Positions 10,229 through 20,412 of a stretch of DNA of 23,993 bases are shown here, in pieces (position 1 is the stretch's first letter; the number at the start of each line of letters is the position of its first letter). The notes beneath the pieces were generated by a model, which was not told where the DNA came from, did no database searches, and was given only the letters and a program-made list of their open reading frames with translations. The stretch comes from Octopus sinensis (taxonomy: Eukaryota), in the NCBI RefSeq assembly GCF_006345805.1, contig NW_021836404.1, positions 1 to 23,993 on the forward strand. The letters run 5' to 3'. The position numbers were made by a program, and so were the translations under genes.

Positions 10229-10338
10229 GAAGAGGAGGAGGAAGAGGAGTAGGAGTAGTAGTAATTGATGTAGCAGCAACAACAGAAGCAGCAGTAATAG
10301 TAATAGCAATAGATGTAATAGATCTGCTGCTGCTGCTG

Positions 10339-10382
<44 letters not shown>

Positions 10383-10408
10383 GCTACTACCACCACCATC
10401 ACCACCAT

Positions 10409-10450
<42 letters not shown>
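10176..10450. repeat. Compound (GTA)n...(CTA)n microsatellite with internal polarity switch
   Basis: TAG/CAG triplets before 10320 and CTG/CTA triplets after. Confidence 0.92.
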
Positions 10451-10559
10451 ACACAACGCTGACTTCGGCGGGATTTGAACTTAGAACGTAAAGATCCAGA
10501 TCAAATGTCACGAAGCAGTCAGGACCTTGGCCTGAGGATGACGTCTCTGTTGCGACATG

Positions 10560-10675
10560 TTCGACATATTCCCCTCTCAGATTCACACACTTATCGTAGC
10601 AGTCCTTCAGTTTTTCTAAGCCCTGTAAAAAAAACTCGGAAGGTTTGGCCTCCAACCAGGCCTTTCGTGACACCC
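10560..10675 (-). mobile_element. Mariner transposase C-terminal fragment
   Basis: AWLEAKPSEFFLQGLEKLKDCYDKCVNLRGEYVE matches the mariner terminal motif W....FF..GI.KL..RW.KC....G.YVE; no terminal repeats seen. Confidence 0.85.
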
Positions 10676-10774
10676 TTAAAACCAGAAATTTTTCAGCAGC
10701 CTCCCACACCGTTAGATGAATAAGGATATAGAAAACGATACGAGTGGAATAACAAGGAAATATGAAAAGGGGAA

Positions 10775-10928
10775 ACCAGCGAAATGCAAAGATCTGGAAA
10801 TAGAGATAACCCGAATGTGGAACTTAAAGACAGAAACAATCCCCATGACAATAGGTGTTATAGGTATCATAACCAAAAAAAAAATTAATCATGCAGAATA
10901 ATACATAATCCAAACACAAGGACTTAAG
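10775..10928 (+). mobile_element. R4/Dong endonuclease fragment
   Basis: KCKDLEIEITRMWNLKTETIPMTIGVIGII matches K.KDL..E..RMW......P...GALG. Confidence 0.8.
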
Positions 10929-10929
10929 A

Positions 10930-10961
<32 letters not shown>

Positions 10962-11217
10962 TATATATATTTAACAATTAAGGATAACTTCTTAATAAGG
11001 AATCTTAACAAGAAATTATCAGGTAGATAGCGTGAAAAACCTCATAAGAGAAAAAATACGAAAATAATTTTTTTCTCCTTTGAACATATTAATTTATATT
11101 ATATAAAGGGCATTATTACACATAAATGCCTCACACTAAGAGGGAGATAAGTCATTTCTACCAAAAATTTCACTAATCATACCCAATGTAGTTTTTATAT
11201 GGATATATATATATCCA

Positions 11218-11418
11218 TTCAAAATGTGACCGCGTGTGTACCGTTGGCGATTTTTTTTTCCTCCGTCTTCCCTTCTCTGGATCTTTCCTTCTCCTATGTT
11301 TCCGACGAAGAGCTCCGCTCGAAACGTTAAACCCTCCTTCTTCCCTTCCTTCTTGAGCGTCCAATAATACTATATTTGTTCCACGTCCTCGCGTTGTTGT
11401 GTTTTCTCTTTGTGTTTT

Positions 11419-11421
<3 letters not shown>
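11218..11421 (+). mobile_element. PLE terminal-repeat-like element (family P1)
   Basis: Inverted copy of 905-1115; contains the hammerhead motif; TA tracts on both sides. Confidence 0.78.
11298..11332 (+). ncRNA. Minimal type I hammerhead ribozyme motif (U4C core variant)
   Basis: Stem I GTTT/AAAC, core CCGACGA, stem II GAGC/GCTC, GAAA, palindromic ACGT in place of stem III, predicted cleavage after GUU at 11328. Confidence 0.7.
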
Positions 11422-11457
<36 letters not shown>

Positions 11458-11458
<1 letters not shown>

Positions 11459-11626
11459 GCGCAGGAGTGGCTGTGTGGTAAGTAGCTTGCTTACCAACCA
11501 CATGGTTCCGGGTTCAGTCCCACTGCGTGGCACCTTGGGCAAGCGTCTTCTACTATAGCCGCGGGGCGACCAAATCCTTGTGAGTGGATTTGGTAGACGG
11601 AAACTGAAAGAAGCCCGTCGTATATA

Positions 11627-11668
<42 letters not shown>
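11458..11668 (+). mobile_element. SINE A 5' half ending in (TG)n
   Basis: A box TGGCTGTGTGG, B box GGTTCAGTCC, CORE-like ACCTTGGGCAAG; stops at the internal microsatellite. Confidence 0.92.
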
Positions 11669-11672
<4 letters not shown>

Positions 11673-11769
11673 CGCGCAGTTGTGGCATTCTGATTTTTAT
11701 CGACCTCGAAAGCATGAAGGACAAAGTGGTTTCAGTATTCAGATTGATCGGAAAATTCGGGGTAATCGA

Positions 11770-12193
11770 TTAGAGAAATATAAGGACTTGGAAATAGAAA
11801 ACAAGAAGAATGTGGCATGTCAAGACAACGACATTGCGTATTGTTATCGGGACGCTTAGAATGAAATCAGAAGGAACAGGTAAAAATGTAGACCAAGTTC
11901 CTGGCTGCTCCAAAATAAGGGAATTGCAAAAGATCAGAGTTGTAATCTTTGAGGTAAATTTGTTCTTAGGTAAAACCTTCTTCATGTGAACACGATCTTA
12001 TTAATTTGGTTTCATGATATATCCCCCTCTCCCCCCCAAAAGAACTTTTTTGATAACATTCAGGCACGAATTTTTTTAGTTTTAATTGCATGGCACGACA
12101 CCTGCTTGCATCTTTTGATGCAAAATCTTGTCACTTGAAGTCTCTGGCTGAGACCTAAGTGTAACATGTATAGACTAAAGCAAAGGCAAAACA
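11770..12193 (+). mobile_element. R4/Dong 3' fragment with 3' UTR
   Basis: LEKYKDLEIE / RRMWHVKTTTLRIVIGTL...VPGCSKIRELQKI (one frameshift), then a UTR running into (AAT)n. Confidence 0.8.
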
Positions 12194-12285
12194 TAATAAT
12201 AATAATAATAATAATAATAATATAATAATAATAATAATAATATTAATAATATTAATAATATAATAATAATAATAATAATAATAAT

Positions 12286-12325
<40 letters not shown>

Positions 12326-12327
12326 TT

Positions 12328-12364
<37 letters not shown>

Positions 12365-12663
12365 TTAATAATAATAATAATTAATAATAATAATAATATT
12401 TATAATAATAATAAAATAATAATAATAATAATAATATAATAATAATAATAAATAATGATAATAATGATAATAATAATAATATAATATAATAATGATAATA
12501 ATGACACAATATAATAATATAATAACAATTATAATAATAACAATAATAACAATATAATAATAATAATAATAATAATATTACTATATCATAATAATAAAAT
12601 ATAATATAATAATAATACAATATCATGATGATAATAACAACAACAATAACAATAACAATAATA

Positions 12664-12721
<58 letters not shown>

Positions 12722-12808
12722 CGACGATGATGATGACGATGATGATGATGGTGAAGATGATGATGGGGATGAAAATAATGATGATAATAATAATAATAAT
12801 AATAATAA

Positions 12809-12860
<52 letters not shown>
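12194..12860. repeat. Long (AAT)n/(GAT)n microsatellite
   Basis: Direct reading. Confidence 0.97.
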
Positions 12861-12861
<1 letters not shown>

Positions 12862-12862
<1 letters not shown>

Positions 12863-13263
12863 GGAGTGGCTATGTGGTAAGTAGCTTGCTTACGAACCAC
12901 ATGGTTCCAGGTTCAGTCCCACTATTTGGCACCTTGGACAAGTGTCTTCTACTATAGCCTCGGGCCGACCAAAGCCTTGTGAGTGGATTTGGTAGACGGA
13001 AACTGAAAGAATCCCGTCGTATACAGGTGTTATATATATGCATGTGTGTGTATATGTTCGTGTGTCTGTGTTTGTCCCCCTAACATCGCTTGACAACCGA
13101 TGCTGGTGTGTTTACGTCCTTGTAACTTAGCGGTTCGGCAAAATAGACCGATGGAATAAGTACTAGGCTTACAAAGAATAAGTCGTGGGGTCGATTTGCT
13201 CGACTAAAGGCTTTGCTCCAGCATGGCCACAGTCAAATGACTGAAACAAGTAAAACGAGAGTA
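12862..13263 (+). mobile_element. SINE A, full length
   Basis: Colinear with 23110-23514. Confidence 0.94.
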
Positions 13264-13323
13264 ATAATAATGATGATGTTGATGAGGATGATGATCATGA
13301 TGATGTTAATAATAATAATAATA

Positions 13324-13377
<54 letters not shown>

Positions 13378-13401
13378 TAATAATAATAATAATAATAATA
13401 A
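13263..13401. repeat. (GAT)n/(AAT)n microsatellite
   Basis: Direct reading. Confidence 0.95.
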
Positions 13402-14031
13402 AGGTAATACCAACCTGTCCCAAAAGAAGTATCCAAAGCACTTTTGGAATGTTTCGCCCCATGGCTGTCGGTTTTATTTTTTGTAATCCGTGGTTTTTAA
13501 AAAAAAACTTGTATAATGATATATTTATAAAATATATCAACAAATAAATAGTTGTACTAAAAAAGACATAAACATACACAAAACGGTCTCTACATATATT
13601 AAGTATAATTTATATGTAACAGATATAAATATAAATATATATATATATATAGTTAGTTATACAGAGCTTGCTACGTGTAAATATATGTTATATAAATATG
13701 TTTTTATATCGTCATAGATATCTAAATACAGTCATCTCTATCAATTTTTCTGTTTATCAATACACTTATATGGGTATAAATATATATATATGCATATAGA
13801 TATAGATATAAATAGATGTTTGTTTATCGATTAGTCTGTTTATCTGTCCATATATCAGTCAGTTATGTTGTGTCTTTCTGTATATCTATCCATCTATTTA
13901 TCGGAACATCTATCTATCGTCTGGTTGATTTCTATAACAATATCGTTAATATGTATGAAGTGTTTACGCTGTCATACAACATATAACTTATATAATGAAC
14001 AAAATGCATGCATGCACACATGCATATGTAA

Positions 14032-14066
<35 letters not shown>

Positions 14067-14644
14067 CAATATACTATAATGTAGAATATATACATAAATG
14101 CATACACTGGCTTATATATAAATATATATATTGATATATATATATATAAATGAATATATATCTATATATATTATATATATTATATATATCTATATGCAGA
14201 AATATTTATGAATTGCTAAATATTTGCATATATGCAATTATCTATACCGGTCTGTCAGTCAATCTCGATAAATCCCGGTTTTTTCATGGACTCACTCTCA
14301 CCACATTCACACGTTGGAGTGGCTGCCGTGAGAGTGAGCTGGTGGTTGTGTTGTCAATGTTATACTCTTACGAACATACACAAGCACGTACGTATGCGAG
14401 TGAGAGTGTAAACTACGCGCGTTGTGTTCGCTGTGAGTGTATGTGTGTATGTATGTGTGTGTGGTTATGTTTTTGTGTGCTCTTGTTGGTCTGCGAGCGA
14501 TGCCTTCAGTACCAAGTATTACACTATGTGTATATATATATACAAAATACGCTGCTTTTGCTTTATCTGATGCTAAAAAAGAGAGGCTGGCGCTACCTCG
14601 CTTGGATTGCTTAGCCAGGCACTAAGCTTCTTATTTATAAACAT

Positions 14645-14661
14645 GCACACACACACACACA

Positions 14662-14700
<39 letters not shown>

Positions 14701-14745
14701 CGCACGCACACACACACACACACACACACATGCGCACACACACGC
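14645..14745. repeat. (CA)n microsatellite
   Basis: Direct reading. Confidence 0.95.
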
Positions 14746-14882
14746 ATATATTTGTTAATGTATATGCTTACATATGCGTAACGCACCTACAAACATACAT
14801 ATATATATATTAGCAAGCATGTCGCAAACATACATTACTCATATCATGTACGCATGCACGTACGTGTATACATACGTGTGTG

Positions 14883-14916
<34 letters not shown>

Positions 14917-14968
14917 ATGTTAATCCAAACAAGAAAACAAAAAGACAACAACGCGAGGAGGTGGAACA
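14917..14968 (-). mobile_element. PLE family P1 terminal fragment
   Basis: TAATCCAAACAAGAAA..ACAACAACGCGAGGA.GTGGAACA matches 907-958; (TA)n on both sides. Confidence 0.8.
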
Positions 14969-14994
14969 TATATATATATATATATATTGATATA

Positions 14995-15100
14995 GGCGCA
15001 GGAGTAGCTGTGTGGTAAGTAGCTTGCTTACCACCCACATGGTTCCGGGTTCAGTCCCACTGCGTGGCACCCATATGAGGGAAAACTGAAAGAAGCCTGT
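14995..15100 (+). mobile_element. SINE A head with internal deletion
   Basis: Matches 11458-11534, then jumps to AACTGAAAGAAGCC. Confidence 0.88.
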
Positions 15101-15216
15101 GATATATATATATATATATATATAATATATATATATATTATATATATATATATGAATCGCTCTATCTATCTATCTGTCTGTCTGTCTATCTGTCTGAGTA
15201 TCTATCTATCTGTCTC

Positions 15217-15270
15217 TACATAGATAGATAGATAGATAGATAGATAGTTAGTTAGTAATTAACTAACTAA

Positions 15271-15310
<40 letters not shown>

Positions 15311-15313
15311 GTA
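15217..15313. repeat. Palindromic (GATA)n/(TATC)n microsatellite
   Basis: TACA(TAGA)n(TAGT)n-TAATTA-(ACTA)n(TCTA)n TGTA. Confidence 0.9.
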
Positions 15314-15945
15314 AACAATAAATTGTATGTAAGGGAGTGTATATTCCTGAAACCGAATACCTGTGTGCGTGTGAGAAAGTGATGGAGAGTGAGAGAGAGA
15401 GAGAGAGAGGAGGGGAGAGAGTGAGAGAGAGAGATGCGCATGCGCATATGTGTGTTCGACTCGATTTCCATTCCGATTACAAAACGCTTTACTCATGCTA
15501 CAAATATCATATCGTAAACTATATAAAATCCCTCCTTAATAAAATCATGACTAGTTGCAAGGATATATACAAACCCACATACACATACACGCACTAACAC
15601 ACACGCACGCATGTACGTATCCACACATGCACACATATATACAGTTATAATTTTATTTTCGAGTAGACACTTTTTCGTAAGCTGTAAAAAGCCCGTCCAC
15701 AGTATTCGGCTATCTGAGGTCAACAATAGTATAGAGGTATATGCTAAGTTCCCTAAAGTTTATATAAAAGATGTGAGATAGAAAATTAAATTCGTGAAAC
15801 TCTTTATTTAGATTCCCTACGATCGTTTCGACTCGTTATGCACCCGTACTTTAGAGGTGAAATACTGTACAATCGTCATGCATTATTAGTGCAGTAAAAA
15901 ATGGGGTATTTTTTCAAAAGCCACCTGAGGAGATGCAAGACAATT

Positions 15946-16972
15946 GGTTGTACAGTGGTGAACTTTGGTTGTACAGTGGTTGTACAGTGGTGAACTTTAG
16001 TTGTACAGTGGTTGTACAGTGGTGCACTTTGGTTGTACAGTGGGTGTACAGTGGTGCACTTTGGTTGTACAGTGGTTTACAGTGGTGCATTTTGGTTGTA
16101 CAGTGCTTGTACAGTGGTTGTACAGTGGTGAACTTTGGTTGTACAGTGGTTGTACAGTGGTGAACTTTGGTTGTACAGTGGTTGTACAGTGATGAACTTT
16201 GGTTGTACAGTGGTTGTACAGTGGTGCATTTTGGTTGTACAGTGGTTGTACAGTGGTGAACTTTGGTTGCACAGTGGTAGTACAGTGGTGCACTTTTGTT
16301 GTACAGTGGTTGTACAGTGGTGAACTTTGGTTGTACAGTGGTTGTACAGTGGTGAACTTTGGTTGTACAGTGGGTGTACAGTGGTGCACTTCGGTTGTAC
16401 AGTGGTTTTACAGTGGTGCGCTTTGGTTGTACAGTGGTTGTACAGTGGTGCACTTTGGTTGTACAGTGGTAGAACAGTGGTGCACTTTTGTTGTACAGTG
16501 GTTGTACAGTGGTGCACTTTGGTTGTACAGTGGTGAACTTTGGTTGTACAGTGGTTGTACAGTGGTGCACTTTGGTTGTACAGTGGTTGTACAGTGGTGA
16601 ACTTTGGTTGTACAGTGGTTGTACAGTGGTGCACTTTGGTTGTACAATGGTAGAACAGTGGTGCACTTTTGTTGTACAGTGGTGAACTTTGGTTGTACAG
16701 TGGGTGTACAGTGGTGAACTTCGGTTGTACAGTGGTTTTACAGTGGTGCACTTTGGTTGTACAGTGGTTTTACAGTGGTGCACTTTGGTTGTACAGTGGT
16801 TGTACAGTGGTGCACTTTTGTTGTACAGTGGTTGTACAGTTGTACACTTTTGTTGTACAGTGGTTGTACAGTGGTGAACTTTGGTTGTACAGTGGTTGTA
16901 CAGTGGTGCACTTTGGTTGTACAGTGGTTGTACAGTGGTGCACTTTGGTTGTACAGTGGTAGTACAGTGGTG
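15946..16972. repeat. 32-bp minisatellite, about 32 units, consensus GGTTGTACAGT GGTTGTACAGT GGTG(C/A)ACTTT
   Basis: Units parsed by eye; 21-, 31- and 43-bp variants arise by loss or gain of the 11-bp subunit or a single base. Confidence 0.97.
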
Positions 16973-17045
16973 AATATTTTAGATATCACACTGAACCTAA
17001 ATGTACAAATATCTGAACCCTTCCATTAACCTGATGAAAATCTAA
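16964..17045 (+). mobile_element. PLE reverse transcriptase fragment fused to the minisatellite
   Basis: TVVNILDITLNLNVQISEPFH*PDENL; DNA aligns to 19368-19449. Confidence 0.82.
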
Positions 17046-17108
17046 TCAGAGTTTCAGCAATAAAAGCGATAACTCAACAGAGCGCAAAGGAAATACGACC
17101 GAAGTCTT

Positions 17109-17150
17109 CAAACCGGAAGCAAGCTTCTTACCACACATCTACGCCTGCGT
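17109..17150 (-). mobile_element. SINE A head fragment
   Basis: GGAAGCAAGCTTCTTACCACAC..ACGCCTGCG is the reverse complement of the SINE A start. Confidence 0.65.
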
Positions 17151-17276
17151 ATATTTTTTCATTTGTACGTTAGCGTATATGAGTGCAAATGCGTGTATAA
17201 TATCAACTTTGAGTGGGTTTACAATGCCCCTGAAGTATTCATTATCGTCATGATCAATATCCTCATCACCATTTAT

Positions 17277-17484
17277 TATCATCGTCGACATCATCGTCAT
17301 CGCCATCGTCGTCGTCGTCTCGTCATCATCATCATCATCATCATCGTCGTCGTCGTCGTCATCATCATCATCATCGTCGTCGTCATCATCATCATCATCA
17401 TCATCGTCGTCGTCATCGTCGTCGTCATCATCATCATCATCATCATCAGCGTCGTCGTCGTCGTCATCATCATCATCGTCATCG

Positions 17485-17522
<38 letters not shown>

Positions 17523-17958
17523 GTCGTCATCATCATCATCGTCGTCGTCATCATCATCATCATCATCATCATCGTCGTCATCGTCGTCGTCATCATCATC
17601 ATCATCATCAGCGTCGTTGTCGTCGTCATCATCATCGTCGTCATCGTCATCATCATCATCATCATCATCATCATCGTCGTCATCATCATCATCATCATCA
17701 TCATCGTCATTGTCGTCGTCGTCGTCGTCGTCGTCATCACATCATCATCATCATCATCATCGTCGTCGTCGTCGTCGTCGTCATCATCATCATCATCATC
17801 ATCGTCGTCGTCGTCATCATCATCATCGTCGTCGTCATCATCATCATCATCATCATCGTCGTCATCGTCGTCGTCATCATCATCATCATCATCAGGGTCG
17901 TAGTCGTCGTCATCATCATCGTCGTCATCGTCATCATCATCATCATCAATCGTCGTCG

Positions 17959-17993
<35 letters not shown>

Positions 17994-18009
17994 TTCGTCG
18001 TCGTCGTCG

Positions 18010-18047
<38 letters not shown>

Positions 18048-18301
18048 GTCGTCGTCGTCATCATCATCATCATCTTCGTCGTCGTCGTCGTCGTCGTCAT
18101 CATCATCATCTCATCATCATCATCATCATCATCATCGTCATCATCATCATCATCATCATCATCGTCGTCGTTGTCGTCGTCATCATCATCATCATCATCG
18201 TCGTCATCATCATCATCATCATCATCATCGTCGTCATCGTCATCATCATCATCATCATCATCGTCATCATCATCGTCGTCGTCATCATCATCATCATCAT
18301 T

Positions 18302-18332
<31 letters not shown>

Positions 18333-18337
18333 CCATC
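17277..18337. repeat. 1-kb compound (TCA/TCG)n trinucleotide array
   Basis: Direct reading; source of the poly-S, H/R, I/V, D and M/T ORFs. Confidence 0.97.
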
Positions 18338-18599
18338 TTCAAATCATCGGAGTTATGATCGCTCCTGTGAACGAACTGCTGTTCCTCCTCGTACCCAAAG
18401 ACCGTGTCGCCCAGCACTTCCCATAAATTTCATGTCGGAAAGGAAGACGTTAGTCATATATCCCGTATCCCGTGAATTTACTTGGGGTAGTTTCAAGGTG
18501 TGACGGTTACTCACAGATTTAAGGTGGTTCACGGTATTATATAACATTAGCTAACGTGTTTCAAATTACATTGGAACAGCACAGCTGTTTTTTGTTGTT

Positions 18600-18615
18600 C
18601 TCTATCTATCTATCA

Positions 18616-18701
<86 letters not shown>

Positions 18702-18859
18702 TTGTTTATCTATCTATCTATCCGTTTTCCTTTCTCTCTCTCTCTGTCTCTCTCTATCTCTCTTCATACACATATATATATACATGTGTGTGTATCTGTG
18801 TGTGTATGTATGTATATGCATATGTAAATGTAAATGCATGTGTGCGTATATATATATAC

Positions 18860-18890
<31 letters not shown>

Positions 18891-19025
18891 TGTATGTATG
18901 TATGTATGTATGTATGTGTGTATGTATGTATGTATGCATGCATGTATGTATGTATGTATGTGTGTATGTATGTATGCATGCATGTATGTATGTATGTATG
19001 TATGTATGTATGTATGCATGTATGT
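18600..19025. repeat. (CTAT)n, (CT)n and (TATG)n microsatellite cluster
   Basis: Direct reading. Confidence 0.95.
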
Positions 19026-19289
19026 ACAAGGTGTTCTGCCTAAATTTGACAAGTTTTATGTCTCAGTCTTTCAGAGGTAGATCGATTCATTAGTGAAGGG
19101 TCGACGGTGTTGGAGAGCATAAAAATCAAAGTGCTAGTTGAGTAAAAGTTATCTGACATGGACTTAAGGAAAAGTGTTACTGTTATCATGATTATTCGCA
19201 CCGGGTATCAAAATGCCAATATCATGTTTTTCTTGTATCTTTCTAGTTCTACGTTGCAATGTTCGTGACAGAAGACAGTTGCAACGCAG

Positions 19290-19456
19290 AACTTGAAAGA
19301 TACAAAAATAAAACTTAAAATTTTTTTGAAAAACATAAGTCTACCCATAACGACAGAAAGTGATAATATAGTAGTGAACTTTTTAGATGTCACACTGAAC
19401 CTAAATACACAAATATCTGAACTCTTCCATTAACCTTATGAAAATTTAAAATACGC
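19290..19456 (+). mobile_element. PLE reverse transcriptase fragment
   Basis: FLKNISLPITTESDNIVVNFLDVTLNLNTQISELFH*PYENLKY fits the PLE RT motif NFLDVT.NL....Y.PY.KPN....Y. Confidence 0.82.
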
Positions 19457-19735
19457 TTGTAAAGGATCCGATCACCCATGATCAATACAAAAATCGTAGC
19501 AAAAAGCATGTCGAATAGGATTTCTAGACTATCTGCCCATGGATCTGTGTGTGTGTATGTGTATGTGTGTAGTTCAAATTTACAGAAGACAAAAGATGAA
19601 GACAGGTGAGGGAACCACAAGCAAGCGTATGGTAGGCATCTTTGTATGAAAAAAAAAATGCTTTGAAATTTTTTTTGCTACAACTCCACCGCCCTCATCA
19701 TCCCTCTCCGGATCAATTTTGGCCAATTTTTTTTG

Positions 19736-20412
19736 CATGGGAGTCTTTTCGGTAAAATTACAAAAAAAAAGCTAATATTTTCAGAGGGAAAAGTGGGTGA
19801 TCTAAGGGAGATTTGGCTGTTGTTTTAAGCACATCCCAAGACAACCCTCCACGTTTCTTTATCACTTATTGATGTTTTTCAGTATTTTTCTCCCCATAAA
19901 TATATTTATATGCTAAAGGAAAGAAAATTTGAAAAATTATAAATTTTTTGCAATTCCCCTCCCTGCCCCTGATTGTTTCGGTTTATAAATTAAGATACTG
20001 GAGAGCCTGAGAAGGCCATTGCTGGCATTTATCCACAGTGATTTAAAGAAAGAGTTACGTAAATGATAATTAATTTTAATAGCATACTTTTTTGTTAGAA
20101 AATGCTTTTTCTTACACTCCCCACACACAGAGCTTCGCCTGATTGAGGTGGGGGTAAAAATTTAGATTACAATTTTTTGTTGTTGCTTATATTCCACCAA
20201 TGGATCACACGTGTGTTAATTCGGTATCATCATTCTATAAAACGTGCTTAATGGGAGAAAAATATTGAAAAAAAACCCCAAAAACATCAATACATGTAAG
20301 AGTGAAAACGGGGGGGGGGGTGCTAGAAACAATAGCCAAACCTCCCTTGAATCGTTCACCTTTTCCTCTGAAAATATTTACATTTTTCTTTACCGAAAAG
20401 GCTCTTCCCATG
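19736..20412. mobile_element. Unit bounded by diverged inverted repeats of about 175 bp (MITE- or foldback-like)
   Basis: 19736-19910 aligns to the reverse complement of 20236-20412 (CATGGGA, CTTTTCGGTAAA, AATATTTTCAGAGG, AAGGGAG.TTTGGCT, TATTGATGTTTTT, TATTTTTCTCCC). Confidence 0.75.

Noticed and set aside
15914-16989. His/Cys-rich repetitive ORFs (HHCTTTVQPK) suggesting a metal-binding protein, or a CRISPR-like array
   Set aside because: A 32-bp unit cycles through all frames, giving the same peptide in each; indels ignore frame; there are no unique spacers and no cas genes.
17163-18503. Long poly-Ser, His, Asp, Met and Ile ORFs
   Set aside because: Translations of a stop-free TCA/TCG microsatellite on both strands.
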